From: Solimonas sp.
GTDB taxonomy: Bacteria; Pseudomonadota; Gammaproteobacteria; Nevskiales; Nevskiaceae
Reading direction: 5' to 3'
Assembly (NCBI GenBank): GCA_030149365.1
Contig: JASBRP010000018.1
Span: 83,350 to 147,349, forward strand
DNA: 64,000 nucleotides
The notes under the pieces were generated by a model. It was not told the origin of the DNA, did not search any database, and saw only the letters and a list, made by a program, of their open reading frames with translations. This document shows, one piece after another, positions 28,341-38,284 of the stretch (the stretch's first letter is position 1; each line of letters starts with the position of its first letter). A program made the translations under genes and the position numbers.

Positions 28341-29351
28341 TCAGGCCTTCGAGTTGTAGCGGGTGTACCACTCGACGAAGCGGGCGATACCGGTTTCGAT
28401 GGACGTGGCCGGCTTGAAGCCAACGTCGGCTTCAAGCTCCTCGACATCAGCGTAGGTGGCGGGGACGTCGCCGGGCTGCATGGGCAGCAGGTTGCGGACC
28501 GCCTTGCGGCCGAGGCTCTTCTCGATCAGCTCGATGACGTAATCCAGCTCGACCGGCGAATGGTTGCCGATGTTGTAGACGCGGTAAGGCGCATAGCTGC
28601 TGGCCGCGTTCGGAGCATCACCGTTCCAGGCCGGGTCGCCCGCGGGCACGCGGTCCATCACGCGCACCACGCTCTCCGCGATGTCGTCGATGTAGGTGAA
28701 GTCGCGGCGCATGTTGCCCTGGTTGAAGACGTCGATCGGGCGCCCTTCGGAGATCGCCTTGGTGAACAGGTACATCACCATGTCAGGCCGGCCCCAGGGG
28801 CCATAGACCGTGAAGAAGCGCAGGCCCGTGGTCGGCAAGGCGTACAGGTTGCTGTACGAGTGCGCCATCAGCTCATTGGCCTTCTTCGTCGCTCCGTAGA
28901 GGCTCAGCGGATGATCAACCCCCTGGCGCACCGAGAACGGCATCCGCGTGTTGGCGCCGTAGACCGAGCTGGAGGAGGCATACACCAGGTGCGGCACCTT
29001 GCGGTGGCGGCACTGCTCGAGGATGTGGGTGAACCCGACGATGTTGCCGTTGATGTAGGCCATCGGGTTGACCAGCGAATAGCGCACGCCGGCCTGCGCG
29101 GCCAGGTGCACCACGCGCTCGAATTCATGCGCGGCGAATACGGCGTCCAGTTCCTTCGCGTCGGCGATCTCGACGCGCTCGAAGCGGAAGCGCGGATAGG
29201 CCGCCAGTTCCTTCAGGCGGGCCTGCTTCAGGCTCACGTCGTAGTAATCGTTGAGGTTGTCGATGCCGACGACTTCGTCGCCGCGCTCCAGCAACAGCTT
29301 GGCAACGTGATAGCCGATGAAGCCGGCGGCGCCCGTCAGGAGGATTTTCAT
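28341..29351 (-). CDS. NAD-dependent nucleotide-sugar 4-epimerase (UDP-glucuronate / UDP-HexNAc-uronate 4-epimerase, CapI/LpsL-like)
   Basis: [46 protein letters not shown]...SSSSVYG...YGATKKANE. Confidence 0.85.
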   Translation of the reverse strand: MKILLTGAAGFIGYHVAKLLLERGDEVVGIDNLNDYYDVSLKQARLKELAAYPRFRFERVEIADAKELDAVFAAHEFERVVHLAAQAGVRYSLVNPMAYINGNIVGFTHILEQCRHRKVPHLVYASSSSVYGANTRMPFSVRQGVDHPLSLYGATKKANELMAHSYSNLYALPTTGLRFFTVYGPWGRPDMVMYLFTKAISEGRPIDVFNQGNMRRDFTYIDDIAESVVRVMDRVPAGDPAWNGDAPNAASSYAPYRVYNIGNHSPVELDYVIELIEKSLGRKAVRNLLPMQPGDVPATYADVEELEADVGFKPATSIETGIARFVEWYTRYNSKA

Positions 29352-29364
29352 ATTGGACAGTTAC

Positions 29365-30642
<1,278 letters not shown>

Positions 30643-30716
30643 GGCTTCTCTGGCAGGTTCACTTGCCAGTTGGGGAGGGTAGTGGATGATCAGATCCGGC
30701 CGGGAGGCACGGAAAC

Positions 30717-31850
30717 TCAGATCGACTGTTTAGGCAGGTACTCTTTTCTGGGCTCACGGGTTAGCCGCATGAAGGACGGGGCCTTGAAGCTGACCAATGA
30801 CCGATATAACCAGAGGTACAGCGCCACGAAGAGCACGCAGGCTGCAACCAACACCTGATGATTCTCGTGGAAGATTATAGCCGGAACCGCACACAGCACC
30901 GCGAGCAGCCACAGGTAGGTGGACGCAATGGAATTGCGCAGAATCCGATGCATCGGATCAAGGGAGCCAGGGAACAGGCGCACCAGACGCCGCAGGATCA
31001 ACTGATGGAGGTGCAAGGCATCGGGCAGGCCCATCTGTCGCAAGCCATGGCGGGCACGCCGCCCCATCGAGAATAGAGTCTCCCAGACCGGATAGACCAT
31101 CAGCAGCATAGGGAACCAAGCCGAAACCTCCGGGTTACGAGCTACAAGCAGCATGGCCACTTCAGCGATCAGGAAGCCAATCATGTAGGCACCTGCGTCA
31201 CCAAGGAAAATCCGGCCGAACGGGAAATTCCAGACAAAGAAGCCAGCCACCGCAGCCACGCTCAGAAAGGCCACCCGAGCAACCAATTCGTCGCCCACCA
31301 TCAGGGCAACGCAGCCCATGGAGGCCAGCACTACTGCGGAAACAAAACTGCTCAGGCCATTACAGCCGTCGATGATATTGACCGCGTGCGCCAAGCCAGC
31401 AGCCGCGATCAACGTGAGGATGAAAGCGAAAGCAGCACTACCAGCTAACCACTGATCAATCACAGGCAGATCCAAGCGGAACAGACCGGCGCCGAGCAGC
31501 CACCAACCGAGCGCAGCAGCCACCATAGTGAAGATCAAGCGGACCAAAACACCAGCGCGGCGGGTGACATCCTCGACCAAGCCGATGCCGAAGGCCGGCA
31601 GCACGCAGACGATCATGAAAGCGGTTTCCCGTACATATTGTCCGGTTTGCCAAGCTATCAGCAAAACACCGCTCAAAAAAGCCACAAAAATCGGGATACC
31701 GCCCAAGCGCGGCACCCAGTGGCTATGGGACTTCTGCACCCCGTCGCTTTCATCGACCCCGAATTTCAGGACGCGTGCTGCGCGGATAGTCAATCCGCAA
31801 ATCCAAAGGCTGGCAAAAAGCGCAAAAAGTACCGCAATTATAAGTTCCAT
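30717..31850 (-). CDS. Initiating undecaprenyl-phosphate HexNAc-1-phosphate transferase (MraY/WecA/WbpL family)
   Basis: Polytopic membrane protein with [16 protein letters not shown] and [12 protein letters not shown] motifs. It is the first gene of the cluster. Confidence 0.85.
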   Translation of the reverse strand: MELIIAVLFALFASLWICGLTIRAARVLKFGVDESDGVQKSHSHWVPRLGGIPIFVAFLSGVLLIAWQTGQYVRETAFMIVCVLPAFGIGLVEDVTRRAGVLVRLIFTMVAAALGWWLLGAGLFRLDLPVIDQWLAGSAAFAFILTLIAAAGLAHAVNIIDGCNGLSSFVSAVVLASMGCVALMVGDELVARVAFLSVAAVAGFFVWNFPFGRIFLGDAGAYMIGFLIAEVAMLLVARNPEVSAWFPMLLMVYPVWETLFSMGRRARHGLRQMGLPDALHLHQLILRRLVRLFPGSLDPMHRILRNSIASTYLWLLAVLCAVPAIIFHENHQVLVAACVLFVALYLWLYRSLVSFKAPSFMRLTREPRKEYLPKQSI

Positions 31851-31996
31851 TGGCCCAACCACTATCGTCTAGGTTTAATTGCGGCTGTTTGTTTATTGTA
31901 GTTTTATCGCAACACCAAAGGATGTGACCCACTGCACACGCCGCTTCCGGCCTAGTCAAACTTTCGACAGTTTATACTCCACGCGCGGATTTCCGA

Positions 31997-32018
31997 ATAC
32001 CCCCTCACCAAGGGGTAT
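31997..32018 (-). terminator. Weak stem-loop downstream of secF (ATACCCC-N8-GGGGTAT), no U tract
   Basis: 7-bp inverted repeat 48 nt past the secF stop. The absence of a T run makes intrinsic termination uncertain. Confidence 0.25.
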
Positions 32019-32065
32019 CTCGGCATTTTTCCGTTGCAGAGGGACGGCAGGGCGGCACTAAACGC

Positions 32066-32995
32066 CTAGGGCATTTCGTCAATTTCCTTGTCCTGCGGAG
32101 GCAGCAGATCCTCTCGGGAAACGCCCAAGGCAACGGCCAGATTGGTCGAAATGTAGATGGACGAGTAAGTCGCGACGATGACACCCACCAGCAAGGCCGA
32201 CGAGAAGCTGTGCACCGTGGCGCCGCCCAGGACCAGCAGGGCGATCAGCACCAGCGAGGTCGAGACGTGGGTGATGATCGAGCGCAGCAAGGTCTGGTTT
32301 ACAGAAAGATTAACGACATCAAGGACTTCCATGCGCCGCTCATCGCGCAGGTTCTCACGCACGCGGTCGAAGATGACGATGGTTTCGTTGTTCGAGTAAC
32401 CCATCAAAGCCAGGATGGCGGCCAGGGTGGTGATGTCGAACTCGATGTCGAACAGGGCCAGGAAGCCCAGCACCATGATGACGTCGTGGACCACGGCGGC
32501 GACGGCGCCGACCGAGAACTTCCACTCGAAGCGGAACATGATGTAGACGGCGATGCCGATGAAGGCCACCAGCAGGGCCAGGCCGCCGTCGTTGAACAGC
32601 TCCTCTCCCACCTGCGGGCCGACGAACTCGATGCGCCGCAGCTCGATGCTCTTCTCCTGCGCGTGCAAGGCTTCCAGCACCCGGCTGCTGACCTCGGCGG
32701 TGCTGGCTTCCTTGGCGGGGGGCAGGCGGATCAGCAGGGCCGAGGCGCTGCCGAAGTGCTGCACCATGGCGTTGTGGTAGCCGGCCTCGCCCAGTTCTGC
32801 GCGGACCTCTTCCAGCTCGACCGGCTGCTGGTAATTGACTTCAACCAGCACGCCGCCGGTGAAGTCGATACCAAAATTGAGGCCGTGGAAGGCGATCAGG
32901 GCGATCGCCACCAGGGTCAGTACGCCCGACGCCCATAGCCCGGTCTTGCGCTGGGCCATGAAGTTGATGTTGGGTACTTTTGCGAAGATTTTCAT
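32066..32995 (-). CDS. secF: Protein translocase subunit SecF
   Basis: MKIFAKVPNINFMAQRK...GIDFTGGVLVEV...SIITHVSTSLVL. Confidence 0.95.
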   Translation of the reverse strand: MKIFAKVPNINFMAQRKTGLWASGVLTLVAIALIAFHGLNFGIDFTGGVLVEVNYQQPVELEEVRAELGEAGYHNAMVQHFGSASALLIRLPPAKEASTAEVSSRVLEALHAQEKSIELRRIEFVGPQVGEELFNDGGLALLVAFIGIAVYIMFRFEWKFSVGAVAAVVHDVIMVLGFLALFDIEFDITTLAAILALMGYSNNETIVIFDRVRENLRDERRMEVLDVVNLSVNQTLLRSIITHVSTSLVLIALLVLGGATVHSFSSALLVGVIVATYSSIYISTNLAVALGVSREDLLPPQDKEIDEMP

Positions 32996-33022
32996 GACGT
33001 TGAGTAACCTTTCAGTGCCCGA

Positions 33023-34876
33023 TCACCAGACCGGCACGTCCTTGAGAGGACGCTTGGCGAAGAACAGCTGGGCCAGGGCACGCGAACCGACGATGGCGGT
33101 GAACTGCGAGCAGGCGATGCCGATGGCCAGGGTGATGGCGAAGCCCTTGATGGGGCCCGCGCCCAGGGCAAATAGCGTCATGGTGGCGATGAGCACCGTG
33201 ATGTTGGCGTCGGCGATGGTCAGGAAGGCACGGTCATAGCCCGCTTCAATCGCCTGGTGGGGCTTCATGCCGTTACGGAGTTCTTCTCGAATTCTCTCGT
33301 AAATCAGCACGTTGGCGTCGATGGCAATACCCAGGTGCAAGACGATGCCGGCGATGCCGGGCATGGTCAGCGTGGCCTGCATCAGCGACAGGATGGCGGC
33401 GACCAGCACCGTGTTCAGCAGCAGGGCCGCCACGGCGAACATGCCGAATACGCGGTAGTAGATGACCATGAAGATCGCCACCAGCACCATGCCCAGCACG
33501 GCGGCGGCGATGCCGCGGCGGATGTTGTCGGCGCCCAGGCTGGGGCCGACGGTGCGCTCTTCGACGATCTCGACCGGGGCCGCCAGGGCGCCGGCCTTCA
33601 GCAGCAGGGCCAGGTCGTGGGCTTCCTTGCTGGACAGGCCGGTGGTCTGGAACTGCTTGCCGAACACGCCGCGGATGCTGGCGATGGAGATGATCTCCTC
33701 GACATCGCGGTGCTCACGCATCGGCACGCCCTGGGCGTTGTAGTTGGTGACGACCTCGCGCTCCTTGAACAGCACCGCCATCGGCTTGCCGACGTTGCGC
33801 TCGGTGAAGGCGAACATGCGCTTGGCGGCGGGGCCGTCCAGCACGACGCTGACGGCCGGGCCGCCCTGATCGTCCACCGTGGCGGCGGCATCCACCAGGT
33901 TGTCACCGCCGGCGATGATCTCGCGCTTGAGCAGCACCGGTCGGCGATCCTCGCGGGTGTAGAACAGCTCGGTGCCGGCAGGGGTGATGCCGCTGGCCGC
34001 CGCCGAGTAGGCGTCGGACTCGTCCACCGCGCGGTACTCCAGGGTAGCCGTGGCGCCCAGCAGTTCCTTCACGCGGGTGGTGTCCTGCACGCCCGGCAGC
34101 TGGACCACGATGCGGTTGACGCCCTGGCGCTGCACCAGCGGCTCGGCCACGCCCAGCTGGTTGACGCGGCTGCGCAGGGTGGTGAGGTTCTGCTGGACGG
34201 CGAAATCGACGATGCGCTTGGCTTCCTGCTGCGACAGCGAGATCTGCAGCTGGTTGGGGTTGTTGGCCGGCACCGTCAGGGTGTACTCGGGGAAGCTGCG
34301 CGCGATCAGCTTGCGTGCCGCTTCCAGCGTCGTGGCGTCGGCGAACTCCAGCAGCGCGGAGCTGCCGGCCTCGCGGCGGCCCGTGTAGCGGACATCTTCC
34401 TTGCGCAGGAAGGCCGGCACGTCGGTGATGATGCGCTGGACGGCCTTCTTGTTGACCTCGTCGATGTCCACTTCCAGCAGGAAGTGCACGCCGCCCCGAA
34501 GGTCGAGGCCCAGGTTCATGGGCTTGGCGCCGATGGCCCGCAGCCAGGCCGGCGTCTTGGAGGCCGAGTTCAGGGCCACGATGTAGCCGCGCCCCAGCTC
34601 GCGCTTGAGCTGCTCCGAGGCCTGCAGCTGGGCATCGGTGGTCGCCAGGCGTACCACCCAGTGCCCATCCTCCACCCCGCTGGCGATCGGGACCAGCGTC
34701 TTGGCCTCCAGGGCCTTGGCGACGATGTCCGCGAAATCTGCCGGCAAGGGGTCGCCGGACTCCATCGTGATCTGGACCGAGGGATCGTCGCCGTAGATGT
34801 TGGGCGCCGAGTACAGCACGCCGAATACCAGTGCCAGGACCAGGACGGCGTACTTCCAGCTTGCGTAAGGCTTCAT
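33023..34876 (-). CDS. secD: Protein translocase subunit SecD
   Basis: 617 aa. LGLDLRGGVHFLLEVD, VEERTVGPSLGADNI, GIALTMPGIAGIVL-type segments. Confidence 0.95.
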   Translation of the reverse strand: MKPYASWKYAVLVLALVFGVLYSAPNIYGDDPSVQITMESGDPLPADFADIVAKALEAKTLVPIASGVEDGHWVVRLATTDAQLQASEQLKRELGRGYIVALNSASKTPAWLRAIGAKPMNLGLDLRGGVHFLLEVDIDEVNKKAVQRIITDVPAFLRKEDVRYTGRREAGSSALLEFADATTLEAARKLIARSFPEYTLTVPANNPNQLQISLSQQEAKRIVDFAVQQNLTTLRSRVNQLGVAEPLVQRQGVNRIVVQLPGVQDTTRVKELLGATATLEYRAVDESDAYSAAASGITPAGTELFYTREDRRPVLLKREIIAGGDNLVDAAATVDDQGGPAVSVVLDGPAAKRMFAFTERNVGKPMAVLFKEREVVTNYNAQGVPMREHRDVEEIISIASIRGVFGKQFQTTGLSSKEAHDLALLLKAGALAAPVEIVEERTVGPSLGADNIRRGIAAAVLGMVLVAIFMVIYYRVFGMFAVAALLLNTVLVAAILSLMQATLTMPGIAGIVLHLGIAIDANVLIYERIREELRNGMKPHQAIEAGYDRAFLTIADANITVLIATMTLFALGAGPIKGFAITLAIGIACSQFTAIVGSRALAQLFFAKRPLKDVPVW

Positions 34877-34990
34877 GAGGCGGATCTCGCCGGGGATATG
34901 GTGGCCCCTGCTTCGATACAGGGGACGGCCTGCGGGGCAACCACCCCGCAGGCCTTCAGCCCCTCTGGGAATCAGAGGGGAATCAGTTGG

Positions 34991-35323
34991 TTACAGGCTC
35001 TTCAGGGTGCCCTTGGGCAGCACGCTGGTGACGGCCTGCTTCTGGATCTTGACGTTGACGCCGTCGGCGATCTCCACCGTCAGGTAGGCCTCGCCGATGC
35101 CGGTGACGCGCCCGGCGAGACCGCCGCTGGCCACCACTTCGTCGCCCTTGGCGACCTTGTCCAGCATCTGGCGGTGTTCCTTGGTGCGCTTCATCTGCGG
35201 ACGGATCAGCAGGAAGTAGAACACCACGACCAGGATCATCAGCGGCGCGAACTGCATTACCAGGCTGGGCTGGGGCTGGGCGGCAGCCTGGGCATACGCC
35301 GGCGAAACGAAGAAATCCAACAC
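34991..35323 (-). CDS. yajC: Preprotein translocase subunit YajC
   Basis: (GTG)LDFFVSPAYAQ...LIRPQMKRTKEHRQMLDKVAKGDEVVASGGLAGRVTGIGE...VLPKGTLKSL is collinear with E. coli YajC. Confidence 0.9.
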   Translation of the reverse strand: MLDFFVSPAYAQAAAQPQPSLVMQFAPLMILVVVFYFLLIRPQMKRTKEHRQMLDKVAKGDEVVASGGLAGRVTGIGEAYLTVEIADGVNVKIQKQAVTSVLPKGTLKSL

Positions 35324-35620
35324 GTAAAGCTCCGGAAATTAGAATGATTCTTGAAAATCGAGCGGCGGATTATGCCACGGCCCGGATGGTTTCCGGTGCA
35401 GGCTTGAGCCGCCTGCCCTCCCCCACCCCTGATCGATGACACCCCGCCGATCCCCTATGCGCCGCTTCAGATCGCCGGCGGGCGCGGAAGTTCGATGACG
35501 GGTGGCGACGGCCATCGCAAATTCTGGCAGGCACCCAGACCGTTTTTGCACGGTCCGGGCTTCCCTGCTGTGCTAGCCTTCCCGCCCTGAAATTTCCCCC
35601 ACCCTGCCCCGGACCTTGCC

Positions 35621-37363
35621 ATGGCTACCTATAAGGCCCCCCTGCGCGAAATCAACTTTGTCCTCAACAACGTCCTGAAGGCGGAGCGGCTGTCGCAGCT
35701 GCCGGGGCTGGAAGAGGCCACCCCGGAGACCCTGGGCGGGCTGATCGAGGAGGCGGCCAAGCTGATCCAGAACGAACTGGCCCCGCTGAACGCCAGCTCG
35801 GACCAGCAGGGCTGTGTCTATTCGAACCATGAGGTGAAGGTGCCCCAGGGCTTCCCGGAGTTCTGGAAGAACTACGCCGAGGCCGGCTGGATCGGCATCA
35901 TGCAGAGCCAGGAATACGGCGGCGCCGGCCTGCCCTACACCCTGGGCAAGGTGATCGAGGAGCTGCTGTGCTCGGCCAACGTGGCCTTCGCGCTCTACCC
36001 GGGCCTGACCCAGGGCTGCTTCGAGGCGATTGCCGCCAACGGCAGCGACGAACAGAAGCAGACCTACCTGCCCAAGCTCGCCACCGGCGAATGGTCCGGC
36101 ACCATGTGCATGACCGAGCCGCAGGCCGGCTCCGACCTGGCGGCGGTCAAGACCAAGGCCACGCCGCAGGCCGACGGTTCCTTCCTGCTGGAAGGCAGCA
36201 AGATCTTCATTACCTCCGGCGAACACGGGATGGTGGACAACATCATCCACTTCACCCTCGCCCGCCTGCCGGACTCGCCTCCGGGCATCAAGGGCCTGTC
36301 GACCTTCGTGGTGCCCAAGTACCTGGTCAACGCCGACGGCTCGCTGGGTGAGCGCAACCCGGTCAAGGCCGTGTCCATCGAGCACAAGATGGGCATCAAC
36401 GGCTCTTGCACCTGCACCATGAGCTTCGAGAACGCCAAGGGCTGGATGATCGGCGCGCCGAACACCGGCATCCAGAACATGTTCGTGATGATGAACCTGG
36501 CCCGCATCATGGTGGGCTACCAGGGTCTGGGCCAGTGCGAGCTGGCCACGCAGAACGCCATCGCCTACGCGCTGGACCGCAAGCAGGGCAAGGCCTTCAA
36601 CGGCGGCGACGTGATCGCCCACCACCCCGACGTGCGCCGCATGCTGCTGCAGATGAAGGCCGTGACCGAGGGCGCCCGCGTGCTGGCCTACGAGACCGCC
36701 ATGCACGTGGACGCGAGCCACCACGCCACCGACCCGGCTGCCCGCGAAGAGGCCCAGGACTGGGTCGAGCTGGCCACCCCGCTGGTCAAGGCCTACTGCA
36801 CCGACAGCGCCGTGGAGCTGGGCTCCATGGCGATCCAGGTCTACGGCGGCCACGGCTTCATCAAGGAGCACGGCATCGAGCAGATCGTGCGTGACTCCAA
36901 GATCCTGTGCCTGTACGAAGGCACCAACGGCATCCAGGCCATGGACCTGGTGCGTCGCAAGCTGATGCTCAACGGCGGCCGCCTGCCCAAGCGCTTCTTC
37001 GAAGCCGTGCGCAAGGACCTGGCCGGCGCCCCGGACTTCATCGCCGGCCCGCTCGCCACCGCCATCGACGAACTGGAGAGCACCACCGCGTGGATCCAGC
37101 AGTCCTACAAGACCAGCCCGGACGACGGCGCCTTTGGCTGCGTGGATTTCCTGCGTGCCTTCTCGCTGGCCTACCTGGGCTGGAACTGGCTGCGCATGAC
37201 CCGCGCCGCGGACGCCACCGGCGACAAGCTGTTTGCCGACACCAAGCGCGCCACCGCGCAGTTCTTCGCCGGCCGCATGCTGTCGCAGGTGCCGGCGCTG
37301 CTGGCCAACGTGCGCCAGAGCGCGGCGCCGCTGATGGCGTTCGACGTCGCCGGCTTGCAGTGA
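35621..37363 (+). CDS. Long-form acyl-CoA dehydrogenase (FadE-like, about 580 aa)
   Basis: GWIGIMQSQEYGGAGLP, MCMTEPQAGSDL, KIFITSGEH, YGGHGFIKEHGIEQIVRDSKI. Confidence 0.9.
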   Translation: MATYKAPLREINFVLNNVLKAERLSQLPGLEEATPETLGGLIEEAAKLIQNELAPLNASSDQQGCVYSNHEVKVPQGFPEFWKNYAEAGWIGIMQSQEYGGAGLPYTLGKVIEELLCSANVAFALYPGLTQGCFEAIAANGSDEQKQTYLPKLATGEWSGTMCMTEPQAGSDLAAVKTKATPQADGSFLLEGSKIFITSGEHGMVDNIIHFTLARLPDSPPGIKGLSTFVVPKYLVNADGSLGERNPVKAVSIEHKMGINGSCTCTMSFENAKGWMIGAPNTGIQNMFVMMNLARIMVGYQGLGQCELATQNAIAYALDRKQGKAFNGGDVIAHHPDVRRMLLQMKAVTEGARVLAYETAMHVDASHHATDPAAREEAQDWVELATPLVKAYCTDSAVELGSMAIQVYGGHGFIKEHGIEQIVRDSKILCLYEGTNGIQAMDLVRRKLMLNGGRLPKRFFEAVRKDLAGAPDFIAGPLATAIDELESTTAWIQQSYKTSPDDGAFGCVDFLRAFSLAYLGWNWLRMTRAADATGDKLFADTKRATAQFFAGRMLSQVPALLANVRQSAAPLMAFDVAGLQ

Positions 37364-37415
37364 GCCCCAGCGCAGCCTAGGCTGCGCTCCACTCACAAAC
37401 CCCAGGGGATTGACG

Positions 37416-37892
37416 ATGAGCGTGTACGGATTCGAAGCCAAGACCATCGACGGCCAGAGCCAGTCGCTGGACGCCTACCGTGGCAAGGTGCTGCTGATCG
37501 TCAACGTGGCCAGCAAGTGCGGCTTCACGCCGCAGTACAAGGGCCTGGAAGAGGTCTACCGCCGCAACAAGGACAAGGGCCTGGCGGTGCTGGGCTTCCC
37601 CTGCGACCAGTTCGGCCACCAGGAGCCGGGCGACGAGAACGAGATCAAGAATTTCTGCTCGCTCTCGTATGACGTCAGCTTCCCGCTGTTCGCCAAGATC
37701 GACGTCAACGGCGACAACGCCCACCCGCTCTACAAGTACCTGAAGACCGCCTCCCCCGGCATCCTCGGCACCGAGGGCATCAAGTGGAACTTCACCAAGT
37801 TCCTGGTGGACAAGAACGGCAACGTGGTGAAGCGCTACGGCTCGATGGACAAGCCCGAAGCGATCGAGAAGGACATCGCGGCGCTGCTCTGA
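37416..37892 (+). CDS. Glutathione peroxidase (BtuE-like)
   Basis: MSVYGFEAKTIDGQ...LLIVNVASKCGFTPQY...LGFPCDQFGHQEPG...IKWNFTKFLV. An AGGGGA ribosome-binding site lies 6-8 nt upstream. The ORF-track start at 37410 is TTG. Confidence 0.9.
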   Translation: MSVYGFEAKTIDGQSQSLDAYRGKVLLIVNVASKCGFTPQYKGLEEVYRRNKDKGLAVLGFPCDQFGHQEPGDENEIKNFCSLSYDVSFPLFAKIDVNGDNAHPLYKYLKTASPGILGTEGIKWNFTKFLVDKNGNVVKRYGSMDKPEAIEKDIAALL

Positions 37893-37905
37893 GCCCGCGA
37901 CCGAC

Positions 37906-37930
37906 AAAGGCCCCGCAAGGGGCCTTTTTT
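37906..37930 (+). terminator. Rho-independent terminator after the peroxidase gene
   Basis: GGCCCC-GCAA-GGGGCC followed by TTTTTT (37909-37930). Confidence 0.85.
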
Positions 37931-38225
37931 GTGCCCGGTCGAATCATTTAATTATACAAATAATCACATTTAATTTTCACTGAATGGTCAATCAATAACA
38001 ATGAAAAATGGCCTTCCTTGAGGCCAATCAAATGACTCCTGATGATCTTTAAAGTCGAATATAAACGCCATCATGAAATTATTAATTCATCACTATTCAA
38101 TAAATAAATGCCTATAAAATTTACCCTAAATCACTGTAGCAAGTGAATTTTATTTGATAATAAATACTTAAAAATTGCTAATTTTTCTTTAATAATTTGA
38201 ATTATTTCATTAATTAATTAAAATG
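37931..38225. other. Extreme AT-rich island (about 24% G+C) in a roughly 67% G+C context, immediately upstream of ggpPS
   Basis: My hand count is 66 G+C in the 280 nt of 37941-38220. The first 60 nt of the adjacent gene gave 40/60 G+C. No ORF of 60 aa or more is present. Confidence 0.9.
38197..38224 (+). promoter_or_regulatory. Candidate sigma70 promoter for ggpPS (TTGAAT-N16-TAAAAT)
   Basis: Hexamer match about 60 nt upstream of the ATG at 38285. Such matches arise easily by chance in AT-rich DNA. Confidence 0.2.
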
Positions 38226-38284
38226 CATGCTCATTTGTACCGTCAGACGGCGGTGCGCCATTCCTAGAAAACACTACAGGGAGA

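Noticed and set aside
31851-32065. JUMPStart/ops (GGCGGTAG) antitermination element upstream of the polysaccharide cluster
   Set aside because: I scanned both strands of the 215-bp leader by eye. Only GCGGCGTG-like near-matches are present, with no exact ops motif.
35515-35550. Sigma54-like TGGCAG...TTTTTGCA upstream of the acyl-CoA dehydrogenase gene
   Set aside because: The GG-N10-GC spacing of the -24/-12 consensus is not met.
37988-38074. 28-aa minus-strand mini-ORF (MMAFIFDFKDHQESFDWPQGRPFFIVID) and a 14-aa plus-strand ORF inside the AT-rich island
   Set aside because: There is no ribosome-binding site and no recognisable motif, and such ORFs are expected by chance. I noted them only as something ribosome profiling could test.
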